This document shows positions 52,006 to 61,583 of a stretch of 64,000 nucleotides of DNA, piece by piece. The DNA lies in NCBI GenBank assembly GCA_947631545.1, contig CANRLS010000003.1:3146-67145 (forward strand), given 5' to 3'. The DNA is from an uncultured Atopobiaceae bacterium. Its GTDB lineage: Bacteria; Actinomycetota; Coriobacteriia; Coriobacteriales; Atopobiaceae. The position numbers were made by a program, and so were the translations under genes. Numbering within the stretch: position 1 is the first letter of the stretch; each line of letters starts with the position of its first letter. The notes under the pieces were generated by a model that saw only the letters and a list, made by a program, of their open reading frames with translations, was not told the origin of the DNA and searched no databases.

Positions 52006-54375
52006 ATGGAGTTCTTCGCCATCTGCGCACCCGGTCTCGAGCCGCTCCTCGCCGAGGAGCTCGAGGGCCTCGACGCCAAGAGCGTCGTCTGCGGTGACGG
52101 ATCGGTGGGCTTCGAAGGCAGCCTCACCGAAGGCTACCGCGCGTGCCTCTGGAGCCGCCTCGCGCTCCGCATCGTCTGCCGTCTCGCCCGAGGCCCCGTC
52201 GACGGGCAGGCCTCGCTCGCAGCGCTCGTCGAGGGCATCCCCTGGGAGGAGCACGCGCTGCCGGGGAGCGGCATCGAGGTCTTCACCAGCGGCTCCGCCC
52301 CGCACCTCACCAAGTCGCTCACGGTCTCGCGCCAGGTGCGCGAGGCCATCGCCAGCCGCCTCCTCGACCGCGCCGGCGCGCTGCCGCCCGAGGGGGCCGC
52401 ACAGGCGCTCCGAGTGCAGGTGCACCTCAGCGCCTCCGCCGATCGGGGCGGCGAGGCGCTCGTGGGCGTCGACCTCTCCGGCGAGCCCCTTGCCAAGCGC
52501 GGCTACGAGCAGCTGCAGAAGCGGGGCCTTCCCACCCTTCGCGCCGATCTCGCCGCGGCGGCCCTCATCCTCGCCGGCTGGCCAGAGCGCGTGGAAGCGG
52601 CCGCGGGATCCTCGCCCGGCCTCGCGATCCTCTTCAGCGGCGGCGCCACGCTCGTGGGCGAGGCCGCCTCCATGGCCCGAGACGTCGCTCCCGGGCTCCT
52701 CCGAGCCGCGGGCTCCTGGGGCTTCGAGCTGTGGGCCAAGCACTCGCCCGGCAGCTGGAGCGCGCTCCTTCGGGGCGCCTCTCGCCGAAGGGAGGCGGCC
52801 CGCGAGGCGCCGCTCGCCCTCGCTTGCGCCGATCCGCGCCCTGGGTCTCGCGACCTTCCCCGCGCGGTGCTCCGCTCCATGGGCATGACGGACGCCGTTC
52901 GGCAGCTCTCGAGCCGTGACCTCTCCAAGGCGGGCGCCGCCCTCAAGTCGAGCGGCGCAGGGGACGCCTGCGCCATCGCCGACCTCTCCTGGACGAGCGC
53001 CGCGAGTGGGAGCGACGCCATCGTGGCCGAGGCCGCGCTCGCCTCCTTCTGCCTCGGGTTCCAGGACGGCCAAGACGGCCTCGTCATCGCCCGGAAGGGC
53101 CAGGCGCTCCCGCTCGCCGACGATGCCCGCCGCGAGGGCGCCGAGGCCTCCCTCGGCCGAGACGCGCTCGAGCTCGCCCCCTTCGCCCCGCTCTCCCTCA
53201 GGGGCGCCAAGGTCGAGATGGCGGGCGGCCCGGAGCTCGCCCTCGAGGCGCGAACCGCCTCGTTCTGCCACGCCCTCGCCGCCTCCACCGCCCGCGCGAC
53301 CGAGGCGGCCCGGGAGGAGGACGTCAGCTGCTTCAGGGTCTACGACCGCGATCTTCCCGACTACCCCTTCGCCATCGATCTCTATCGGGGGGCGGCCAAG
53401 ACGCCGGGGCGCTGGCTCGTCATCGGCGCCTTCGAGGCCAGCGGCCTGAGCGGGGACGAGGCCCGGTCCTTCCATCGGCGCCTCCTCGACGTCGCGAGCG
53501 CCGCGCCCGAGCTCCTCGACATCGCCTGGGGCGACGTCCAGGTGAAGCTCCGCCATCGCGCCAAGGGCGGCTCCCAGTACGCGAGCGGCGCCCGCTCGCA
53601 GGAGCGCTTTCGCGGGCGTCCCCACCGCATCCTCGGCGCAGAGCTGCCGAGGGGCTCGGCCCTCGTCGAGGAGGGCGGCCTCCTCTTCGAAGTGGATCTC
53701 GCGAGCCACCTCGACACCGGCGTCTTCCTCGACACCCGTGACGTCCGCGCTCGCATCCGCGAGCTCGCCAAGCGCACGACGGGCAGGCGGAGCTTCCTCA
53801 ACCTCTTCTCCTACACCGGCACCGCCACCTGCTACGCCGCCGATGGCGGCTGCGCCCAGACGACGACCGTCGACCTCTCGGGCCCCTACCTCGACGTCGC
53901 TCGGAGAAACCTCGTGCGGAACGGCTTCCTCGAGCCTGCGGCGCTCGACCCCGAGGCCAAGGTGGGCGCGCCGCACCGCTTCGTGCGGGCCGACGCCATG
54001 GCCTGGATCGCCGAGCAGCGCCGCCGCCACGCCCACTGGGACCTCATCTACTGCGATCCGCCGACCTTCTCCAACTCGGCGTCCATGCGGAGGTCGTTCG
54101 ACGTCCAGCGCGACCATCTGGACCTCTTGATCGGCATCTCGCGGCTCCTCGCGCCGGGCGGCATCGCCGTCTTCTGCTGCAACCTCAGCACCTTCGAGCC
54201 CGACTTCGAGCGTCTCGGGCGGGCCGGGGTCGAGCTCGAGGACATCACGGCCCAGACGATCCCCTTCGACTTCCGCGACGACCCGCCCCCGCATCACTGC
54301 TACCTGCTCCGGCGCGCCGGGACGGCGCACGGGCGGCCTCGCGAAGGCTCGGACGCTCTCCCGACGGCGCACTGA
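52006..54375 (+). CDS. RlmKL-like fused rRNA methyltransferase (THUMP + two MTase modules)
   Basis: ATG 52006 behind CAGGAGGA. The N-terminus FFAICAPGLE...L..EL is THUMP-like, followed by RGY....LP.LRADLAAA.L..AGW. The C-terminal module has FLNLFSYTGTA and CDPPTFSNS, which are intact class I SAM-MTase motifs. Confidence 0.8.
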   Translation: MEFFAICAPGLEPLLAEELEGLDAKSVVCGDGSVGFEGSLTEGYRACLWSRLALRIVCRLARGPVDGQASLAALVEGIPWEEHALPGSGIEVFTSGSAPHLTKSLTVSRQVREAIASRLLDRAGALPPEGAAQALRVQVHLSASADRGGEALVGVDLSGEPLAKRGYEQLQKRGLPTLRADLAAAALILAGWPERVEAAAGSSPGLAILFSGGATLVGEAASMARDVAPGLLRAAGSWGFELWAKHSPGSWSALLRGASRRREAAREAPLALACADPRPGSRDLPRAVLRSMGMTDAVRQLSSRDLSKAGAALKSSGAGDACAIADLSWTSAASGSDAIVAEAALASFCLGFQDGQDGLVIARKGQALPLADDARREGAEASLGRDALELAPFAPLSLRGAKVEMAGGPELALEARTASFCHALAASTARATEAAREEDVSCFRVYDRDLPDYPFAIDLYRGAAKTPGRWLVIGAFEASGLSGDEARSFHRRLLDVASAAPELLDIAWGDVQVKLRHRAKGGSQYASGARSQERFRGRPHRILGAELPRGSALVEEGGLLFEVDLASHLDTGVFLDTRDVRARIRELAKRTTGRRSFLNLFSYTGTATCYAADGGCAQTTTVDLSGPYLDVARRNLVRNGFLEPAALDPEAKVGAPHRFVRADAMAWIAEQRRRHAHWDLIYCDPPTFSNSASMRRSFDVQRDHLDLLIGISRLLAPGGIAVFCCNLSTFEPDFERLGRAGVELEDITAQTIPFDFRDDPPPHHCYLLRRAGTAHGRPREGSDALPTAH

Positions 54376-54436
54376 AAGCGGGACGGGGCGCCGTGCGCTC
54401 CCGTCCCGCCCCGGTTTCAAAGGCGATCGGCCTCAG

Positions 54437-56035
54437 CTAGCCCTGAAGCGCCTTCGCGTAGAAGGCCCTCAGGTCCCTCGCCATGGCCTCGAGCGTCTCC
54501 TCATCGACGTAGGACATGTGCCCGCAACCGTAGAGGTGGAACTCCTGCTGCTTGCGGAGGCCGTCCGGCAGGAAGAGCGCCGACGTGTCGTGGATGAGGT
54601 TCCAGTAGGGCGTCGCCGCGTCGTAGCGCCCGCCGATGTAGCAGACGCGCATGGAGGGGTTCCGGCGCATGGCCACGCCCATGTCGAGGGCCACGTTGGG
54701 CGCGGGGACGCTCTCCAGGGTGCCGGGGGCCTGATGGATCCAGTTCCAGCTCTCGTTCACCTTCCAGTTGGTGCTCACGTAGGGAGCGGGGTTCACGTAG
54801 CCGATGCGATCCATGAGCGCGCGGAAGGCGCCGGTCCAGACGGCCTCGAGGGCATCGTCGGCCGCGTCCTCGCCCGCGATGAACTCCGTCGAGCCCTGCA
54901 CGGGCGTCACGGCGTCGCCCGTGAAGCGCAGGTCGAGGCGCCCCATCACGCGCCCTTCGTCGCGCAGGAGCTCGCGGCGGAAGTCCTCGAGCTCCACGCG
55001 CAGGTGATGCGCCCGCAGGTACTCGGGCGAGAGCCCCACGTAGGACGACATCTCGACGGCCACGGACTCCTCGCGCTCGTCGTCCAGCCTATCGCCCATC
55101 ACGAGCGCCGGGCAGAGCCTCTCGTTCACGAAGACGCAGGCCTCGTCGAACCACCGGTTGGGCTCGGTGCCCTCCCCCACCTTGCCGAACCACTGGGCCG
55201 CGGCGGCGTAGACGGGGGTCATGCCCATGTAGTAGGCGTCGTTTCCGGGCAGCGTGCTGGCCCAGTCGTAGATGGTCGAGAGCTGCACCACGCCCGAGAC
55301 GCCCACGCCCTTCTCGCCCAGGATCCGGGCGAGGACGGCGTTGCGCACCGTGCCGTAGGACTCGCCGAAGAGGAAGACGGGCGAGTTCCAGCGCCGGTTC
55401 TCGGTGAGCCACACCTGGATGGCCCGGGCGAAGGCGTCGGCGTCTCCGTCGACGCCCCAGATCTTCTTGCCCTTGCGCTCCGACTCCACGAACGACCAGC
55501 CGGTGCCGGGCGCATCGAGGAAGACGATGTCGGTCAGAGGGAGGATGCAGGCAGGATTGTGCTGGAGCTTCGCCGGCGTCGTGAGATGCCGGGTGCCGTC
55601 GGGCATGGCGCGCACGGGGCCGATGCCGCCGAAGTCGAGGGGAACGCTCGCGCAGCCGGGGCCGCCGTTGAAGCAGAAGGTGACCGGCCTCGTGGACCGG
55701 AACCAGTCGCTCGAGGCCGCGTCGCCCGCCGAGAAGCCGAAGCCCGAGGGATGGAGCGCCTGGGCGCGGGCCGAGGGCGAGGCGGGATCCTTCACGCCCG
55801 CCGTGGCCACGTAGGAGCGATGGAACATCTGGGCCATCGGCTTGCCGTCATCGGCCGTGACCTTCAGATGGCCCGCGGTGGCCTCGTAGGTGATGGCGCC
55901 GTCGGGGCCGTCCCATACGAGCGACGCGGTGGCCGAGGGGGGCACCGGAGGGTGCTTCGGGGCCTTCTTGTCGTCCTTCTCCGTGCAGGGCTTCCCGTCG
56001 ACGGCGTCCTGGAGCTTCTCATTCTCGATGTCCAT
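54437..56035 (-). CDS. serine carboxypeptidase-like protein (peptidase S10 family)
   Basis: 532 aa. Contains FNGGPGCAS, D.PGTG(W)S and the nucleophile motif GESYG. I see no obvious signal peptide. Confidence 0.7.
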   Translation of the reverse strand: MDIENEKLQDAVDGKPCTEKDDKKAPKHPPVPPSATASLVWDGPDGAITYEATAGHLKVTADDGKPMAQMFHRSYVATAGVKDPASPSARAQALHPSGFGFSAGDAASSDWFRSTRPVTFCFNGGPGCASVPLDFGGIGPVRAMPDGTRHLTTPAKLQHNPACILPLTDIVFLDAPGTGWSFVESERKGKKIWGVDGDADAFARAIQVWLTENRRWNSPVFLFGESYGTVRNAVLARILGEKGVGVSGVVQLSTIYDWASTLPGNDAYYMGMTPVYAAAAQWFGKVGEGTEPNRWFDEACVFVNERLCPALVMGDRLDDEREESVAVEMSSYVGLSPEYLRAHHLRVELEDFRRELLRDEGRVMGRLDLRFTGDAVTPVQGSTEFIAGEDAADDALEAVWTGAFRALMDRIGYVNPAPYVSTNWKVNESWNWIHQAPGTLESVPAPNVALDMGVAMRRNPSMRVCYIGGRYDAATPYWNLIHDTSALFLPDGLRKQQEFHLYGCGHMSYVDEETLEAMARDLRAFYAKALQG

Positions 56036-56094
56036 TGGATCCCTTCGGTCTCCGGCGATGCGCGAACCCCATCACGCTAGCACAGGGCTCGTGC

Positions 56095-58392
56095 CTAGGG
56101 CAGCTGATCCGAGGGGACGTCCGCTGAATCCAGGAGGTGGTCCGCCTTGTGGCCGCGGGCGACGCCGATGGGGTGGCCCGTGGCGTCGTAGAGGATCTTG
56201 GGGTGCACGCCGGTGCCGTCGACGAGCCCCTCGCCGCCGATGACGTTGGCCTCGGTCTCCGCGATGGACTCGGCCGCCTCGTCGTCGAGGTCGAGCGAGA
56301 TGATGTCGCCCTCCTCCACCTCGTCGTTGTCCTCCTCCTCGAGGATCGACAGCGCTTCCTCGGGCTCGGGCGCCTCGATGCGCTGAAGCCGCGTCACCTG
56401 CGCCTGCCTGGCGAAGAGCGGCACGTACTCCACCGTGACGCCCGAGGCCTGGAGGCCGAACCACTGGGCGGCCGAGCCGCACATGCGCCGTATGGCGTAC
56501 TTCATCGTCATCACGGTGCGATCCGAGGGCGAGAGCACGGTCTCGGGCGTGAGGAGCTTCCGGAGCATCACGAAGCGGAAGTCGCCCACGGGATCGGGCT
56601 CGCGGTAGATGGAATAGCGCCTCGGCTGCATGCGGATCTGCCCCGCCTGCATGAGGTCGCCGATCACCTGGCGCAGGTACTGGTTGATGCGCTGGTTCAC
56701 GCGAAAGCCCAGGTAGAGGGTCACCTTGAAGATGAAGTCCGTGCCGAAGGAGTTCACCGTGTAGGTGTGGGTGAAGGGCTCGTCGGTCACCACCACCGAG
56801 ACGAAGTAGTAGCAGATGGCGCGCTTGGGCCGCTTGTCGAGGATCGAGTAGAGGATGTCGCGGTCGAGCACATCCTCCCTCGGCTCCTTGGAGAGGAAGA
56901 CCACGTTGTCGGCGAGCTTCGTCACGGTGGTGTCCTTCGAGAGCCGGTCGAGCTGGTCGATGTAGCTCGCCACGGGCAGGAAGGCCGACTGCGCCCGCTC
57001 GATGGCGCTCCCCCGCCTCCAGACGTACATCACGTAGAAGAGCGCGGCGCTGATGAACACGGTCACGTAGCCGCCGTGGGCGAACTTGGCGAGCGAGCTC
57101 ACGAAGAAGCAGGCCTCGATGGTGCCGAAGAAGATGAGGAAGACGAAGGCGAGCGCCGCATGGTGGCGGATCTTCCAGAGCCAGGCCGCCACGAGAAAGG
57201 ACGTCATGAGCATCGTCACCGTGATGGCGAGCCCGTAGGCCGCCTCCATGCGCTCCGACGTTCGGAAGAGGAACACCACCCCGAGCGTGCCGATCCACAT
57301 GATCGTGTTCACCATCGGGATGTAGAGCTGGCCCTTGGTGTCGGAGGGGTAGGTGATGCGCATGTGGGGCATGAGGTCGAGGCCCATCGCCTCCGAGACC
57401 AGGGTGTAGCTCGAGGTGATGAGCGCCTGGCTCGCGATGATGGCGGCCGCCGTGGCCAAGATGACGGAGGGGATCCGCATGAAGTCCGGGTTCATCTCGA
57501 AGAACGGGTTCACGTCGGCGATGGTGAGCATCTGGGGGTTCTGCGTGTTGGCGATGATCCAGGCCCCCTGGCCGAGGTAGTTCAGGAAGAGGCAGACCAT
57601 GACGAACGGCCAGCTCGCATGGATGTTGGCCTTGCCCACATGGCCCATGTCGGCGTAGAGGGCCTCGGCGCCCGTGGTGGCGAGGAAGACGAAGCCCAGC
57701 ACGTCGAAGCCGGCCTTGTTGAGCGGCCCGAAGAGGAAGACGAGTCCGCGCACGGGGTTCAGCGCGCGGAAGACCGAGAGGTTGCCGAAGATCTGGAAGA
57801 GCCCCGTGAGCGCGAGGAAGAGGAACCACACGAGCATCACGGGCCCGAAGGCGTGGCCGATCCTCGAGGTGCCCGAGCGCTGCACGAGGAAGAGGATCGA
57901 GATGATGATCACCGTGATGGTGACCACCATCGTGGGCGTGTCGCCCAGGAAGGCCGCGGCCACGTCGATGGTGCGAAGGCCCTCGATGGCCGTGGTCACG
58001 GTCACGGCGGGGGTGAGGATGCCGTCGGCCAGAAGCGCCGCGCCGCCCACCATGGCGGGCAGGATCAGGTAGCGCCCGCAGCGCCTCACCAGCGAGTAGA
58101 GCGCGAAGATGCCGCCCTCGTTATGGTTGTCGGCCCTCATGGCGATGAGGACGTACTTCACCGTGGTGAGCAGCGTCACCGTCCAGATGACGAGCGAGAG
58201 GGCGCCCAGCACCGTGTCCTCGTCCATGGAGGCGAGCCCGCCGTTGCCCGAGATGATCGCCTTCATGACGTACATCGGCGACGTGCCGATGTCGCCGTAG
58301 ACCACGCCGAGCGTGACGAGGGTCATGCCCAAGGAGAAGGGGATGGCCCCGTGGGAGGCGGATGCCCCCTTGGTGGGAACGATGGAAGCCAC
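56095..58392 (-). CDS. kup: KUP/HAK/KT potassium uptake transporter with acidic C-terminal tail
   Basis: Contains LGVVYGDIGTSPMY and NHNEGGIFALY, with about 12 TM helices. The probable GTG start at 58390-58392 follows GAGGAGAGAGG. The maximal ORF reaches 58464. Confidence 0.88.
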   Translation of the reverse strand: MASIVPTKGASASHGAIPFSLGMTLVTLGVVYGDIGTSPMYVMKAIISGNGGLASMDEDTVLGALSLVIWTVTLLTTVKYVLIAMRADNHNEGGIFALYSLVRRCGRYLILPAMVGGAALLADGILTPAVTVTTAIEGLRTIDVAAAFLGDTPTMVVTITVIIISILFLVQRSGTSRIGHAFGPVMLVWFLFLALTGLFQIFGNLSVFRALNPVRGLVFLFGPLNKAGFDVLGFVFLATTGAEALYADMGHVGKANIHASWPFVMVCLFLNYLGQGAWIIANTQNPQMLTIADVNPFFEMNPDFMRIPSVILATAAAIIASQALITSSYTLVSEAMGLDLMPHMRITYPSDTKGQLYIPMVNTIMWIGTLGVVFLFRTSERMEAAYGLAITVTMLMTSFLVAAWLWKIRHHAALAFVFLIFFGTIEACFFVSSLAKFAHGGYVTVFISAALFYVMYVWRRGSAIERAQSAFLPVASYIDQLDRLSKDTTVTKLADNVVFLSKEPREDVLDRDILYSILDKRPKRAICYYFVSVVVTDEPFTHTYTVNSFGTDFIFKVTLYLGFRVNQRINQYLRQVIGDLMQAGQIRMQPRRYSIYREPDPVGDFRFVMLRKLLTPETVLSPSDRTVMTMKYAIRRMCGSAAQWFGLQASGVTVEYVPLFARQAQVTRLQRIEAPEPEEALSILEEEDNDEVEEGDIISLDLDDEAAESIAETEANVIGGEGLVDGTGVHPKILYDATGHPIGVARGHKADHLLDSADVPSDQLP

Positions 58393-58673
58393 GACGACCT
58401 CTCTCCTCGAGCCCCCCGCCCTGGGCGGACGGAGGGCGATCCGAGCGGAGCGGTCCGGCGCCACCAGCGCGTCGCCCCTCGCCCCAGTCCCGAATCGCCA
58501 GCATCTCGCGAAAACCTAGACCGCATGCTAGCGCTTGGCGATTCGGCCCGAGTCCGTCAGGGCCGATCGGCAGCGGCAGCGGCGGCCCCCGCTCGGGCAT
58601 CTCGGCGAGTCCATCCCCGGATCGGGCCGGCCCTTCCAAGGGAGCCCATCGCAAGGCGATCCGTCGCCCGTCC
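58393..58673 (-). promoter_or_regulatory. long GC-rich structured 5' leader of kup (candidate riboregulator, class unassigned)
   Basis: About 280 nt between kup and the upstream gene. Adjacent perfect helices are CCGAATCGCCA/TGGCGATTCGG (58490-58500 with 58536-58546) and CCCGAG/CTCGGG (58547-58552 with 58592-58597). The second helix encloses GGGCCG/CGGCCC. Confidence 0.3.
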
Positions 58674-60569
58674 CTATTCGAAGAAGACGACGAACTTGAG
58701 CGTGATGAACGCCGCGAAATAGACGAACAGGAAGGCCCAGAAGCCGACGGCGGCGCCTCGGCGCCAGCGCGCGAGGAGCCGAGTCAGCGGCTGGATGTAG
58801 AGGATGAGCCCGAAGAGCAGCGGAAAGAAGGGCAGCAGGTAGCGGGGCTGGAGGCCATCCACCTCCGAGCCGCCGACCGTCGTGAAGCCGATGTAGAGCG
58901 CCGTGGCGAAGAGCGCGTAGGTCGCGACCATGCCGACTCCGGCGAAGATCCGCCCCAGCCAGAGGCTCTGGCCCTTGAACGACGCATCGCGCACGAACAG
59001 CGCGACGAACAGCAGGAAAAGGAGATAGGTCCAGCCGAGCGCGGTCTCGAAGGAGCTGATGTGGATGAACTCGAGGAGCGCGGTCGCGTCCCGGAGGTAG
59101 CCCGGGCCGAAGAACTCCAGGCCGCTCGCCCAGAGAGCGTCGAGGTAGGCGCCCGGCGCTTCGAAGATGTACGCGAGCTGCCCCGTGGAGCTGGCCCCCT
59201 CGTTCATTCGAGCGTCCGAGTACCCCGCGCCGCCGCGCATGAGGAACGGCAGGGCGAAGGTCGAGAGGAGGAGCATCGCCGCGAGGACGACCGAAAACGA
59301 CCACCAGCCGCGCCCGATGGCGTCCTTCGATTGGAACTTGCCCCTCGGCATGGCCAGGAAGACGAGGGCGAGCGGGAAGTAGACGGCCTTGACGAGACAG
59401 CCGAGGGCGAAGGCGACGAGGATCGCGGCCGCTCCAGAGCCTCGGAGCGGTTCCTCCGGACGTTGGAGCTCGCCGAGGTAGCGACAGAATGAGAAGCCGA
59501 GGCAGGCGCAGAGCCAAGCATCGTAGCTGAAGCCCGAGGCCACGTAGAATCCGGTCGGAGCGAGGGCGACGGCCGAGAGCACGAGCTTGGATCCCTTGAG
59601 ATAGCGGATGCCGAGGAACCAGAGGACGACGTAGAGCGCGAGGTTCGCGAGCCTCGCCACCGTGTACTCGCCGACGTTTCCGAACCCGAGCAGGCGCCCC
59701 AGCCAAAGACCGACGGCGAGCGGCAAGCGTCCCACCGCGTTGAAGGAGACCCAGCTCGAACCGCCATGACGCGCCGAGCCCTCCATGACCTCGGTCGCCC
59801 CCTCCCCTTGGAGGCGATCGATCTCCGCCGTCGTCTGGTTCAGCACCTCGAGGCTCATATCCGACCAGACCCGTCGTTCGAGGTGACCGGCCATGACGTA
59901 CGGGATGTCGGCGAGTGCGATGAGATCGCCCTCGTCGTACTCCGCGTCCTCCACGTAGGACATGGCGTTGGCGGCGTTGAAATGCCCCTGCCCATCCCAA
60001 ACGGAATTCGGCTGGACGGGCGCGAGGGCGACGAACGCGATGCCGAAGGAGAGCCCCAGGATGAGGAAGCCCCAGGCGGCGTCCGCCAGCACCTCCGCGC
60101 GGAAGTAGACGAGCAGCGTGAAGGCGATGGCGAAGGCCATGAGCGTGACGGAGTAGCGCCAATCGCCCAGGTTCTGCTGAACCCAAGCCGCGCCCCAGCC
60201 GAGAAGCCATCCGGCGAAGCCCGCGATCGCCGATATGCCCAGGGCCGTCTCGAAGCGCTTCCAGAGCCTTCCACCAGAGGCGCCGAGACGCGCGAGCGTC
60301 CGGTCGATGCCGCCTCGCGCGATCCATACGGAGATCGGCGCGATCGCAGCGAAGAGGAGGAGCGCGACGAAGCCGATGCGGGGCGCGCTCCAGACCATCG
60401 GATCGCCCGGTTGGCCATCGACGATGAGGCATTGCATGCGAAGCTCGGCGACGAGCGAAAGGAGGATCGCGACGAGGGCGGCGATGCCGAGGGGCAGCGG
60501 GCGAGGTCCGGCGCCTGGCGACGGCGCCGGCGAGGCCTCCGCGGCCATATGTCGGGCTCTGCTGTCCAT
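58674..60569 (-). CDS. large polytopic membrane protein, DUF2142-like / GT-C-like (function unknown)
   Basis: 631 aa, ATG 60567-60569 behind GGGGAGG, with more than 12 hydrophobic segments. An extracytoplasmic loop after the early TMs carries PNSVWDGQGHF, which resembles the DExxH-type loop of DUF2142 proteins. Confidence 0.5.
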   Translation of the reverse strand: MDSRARHMAAEASPAPSPGAGPRPLPLGIAALVAILLSLVAELRMQCLIVDGQPGDPMVWSAPRIGFVALLLFAAIAPISVWIARGGIDRTLARLGASGGRLWKRFETALGISAIAGFAGWLLGWGAAWVQQNLGDWRYSVTLMAFAIAFTLLVYFRAEVLADAAWGFLILGLSFGIAFVALAPVQPNSVWDGQGHFNAANAMSYVEDAEYDEGDLIALADIPYVMAGHLERRVWSDMSLEVLNQTTAEIDRLQGEGATEVMEGSARHGGSSWVSFNAVGRLPLAVGLWLGRLLGFGNVGEYTVARLANLALYVVLWFLGIRYLKGSKLVLSAVALAPTGFYVASGFSYDAWLCACLGFSFCRYLGELQRPEEPLRGSGAAAILVAFALGCLVKAVYFPLALVFLAMPRGKFQSKDAIGRGWWSFSVVLAAMLLLSTFALPFLMRGGAGYSDARMNEGASSTGQLAYIFEAPGAYLDALWASGLEFFGPGYLRDATALLEFIHISSFETALGWTYLLFLLFVALFVRDASFKGQSLWLGRIFAGVGMVATYALFATALYIGFTTVGGSEVDGLQPRYLLPFFPLLFGLILYIQPLTRLLARWRRGAAVGFWAFLFVYFAAFITLKFVVFFE

Positions 60570-60668
60570 GCGCCTCCCCGCTTGAGCTCAACGGCAAAGT
60601 GTAGGGAATCGGCCGAACGCGTATCGGAGCGTCGGCCCGCAGGCGAGTTCGGACGGCCGATCGCCCGA

Positions 60669-61532
60669 TCAGGCGAGGAGCCGCTCCAGGTACTCGCCGA
60701 CGCCGCCTTCGGAGCAACCGAGCGCCGTCACGTCGTCTGCCAGCTCCGCCACGCCGGGCTGGGCGTCGGCGAGGGCCACGCCGAGCCCCGCCGCCTCCAT
60801 CATCGAGACGTCGTTCATCCCATCCCCGAAGGCGATGGCCGCCCCGGGATCGATGCCGAGGCGCCCTGAGAGCCATTCCAGCGCGAGCCCCTTGGTGGCG
60901 CCCACGGCCGAGGCCTCGAAGTTCGTGAGCTCGCTCGAGGTCACGACGAGACGGGGATCGGCCTCCAGCACGGCGCGCACGCGGTCGGCATCCTCGGGCG
61001 TGCGGTAGTAGATGGTCATCCGCTCCAGATCCCTCGCCCGTTCGGCGAGCTCGGGCAACGGCTCGTCCACGGCCGTCCGCGAGAGCCGGATCTGGCGGAG
61101 CAGGTTCGGCTCCAAGCCGAACTCTCCCAGCCGCTCGAAGCGCTTCCGCTCGCTGTAGGCCCGCCCGTCCGCGAAGAGGTCGAAGGTGATATCGAGGTCG
61201 CCGAGCGCGTCGTAGGCGGCGAGGAAGGACTCCTTGGAAAGGGTCACCTTCCGGATGGGCGCGCCCACGATGCGGCGCCCGAGCGCCGCTTCGGCGCCCG
61301 GTCCGTCGGCCTCGAGGTCCCAGACGCCCGCGCCGTTGGCATAGACGATGTAGCGGATGTCCGGAAGATCGAGCACCACGGGCGTGAGCCCGCTCACCGG
61401 CCTTCCGGTGCAGGGCACGAGGGGAATGTCGCGCTCGCCGAGCAGCCGAACCGCCTCGAGGTTCCGCGCGGGAAGCGTCTTGTCGCGAGCGAGCAGCGTG
61501 CCGTCGAGGTCCGTGAAGACGATCTTGGGCAC
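60669..61532 (-). CDS. Cof-type HAD-IIB phosphatase
   Basis: The probable GTG start 61530-61532 behind GGAGGG gives VPKIVFTDLDGTLL. It also has TGR and GDGMNDVSM. The maximal ORF reaches 61571. Confidence 0.85.
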   Translation of the reverse strand: MPKIVFTDLDGTLLARDKTLPARNLEAVRLLGERDIPLVPCTGRPVSGLTPVVLDLPDIRYIVYANGAGVWDLEADGPGAEAALGRRIVGAPIRKVTLSKESFLAAYDALGDLDITFDLFADGRAYSERKRFERLGEFGLEPNLLRQIRLSRTAVDEPLPELAERARDLERMTIYYRTPEDADRVRAVLEADPRLVVTSSELTNFEASAVGATKGLALEWLSGRLGIDPGAAIAFGDGMNDVSMMEAAGLGVALADAQPGVAELADDVTALGCSEGGVGEYLERLLA

Positions 61533-61583
61533 GAAGCCCTCCGCCGGCCGCCTGCGCCCCTCGCCCGTCACATCCGCTCCCGC

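Noticed and set aside
58561-58590. A short tandem GCGGCA/CCGCTG run (cagcggcagcggcggcc), along with other small tandem repeats, considered as CRISPR-like or VNTR arrays.
   Set aside because: It has only 2-3 units of 6 nt with no spacers of unique sequence. It sits inside the kup leader hairpin loop. No repeat-spacer array exists anywhere in the window.
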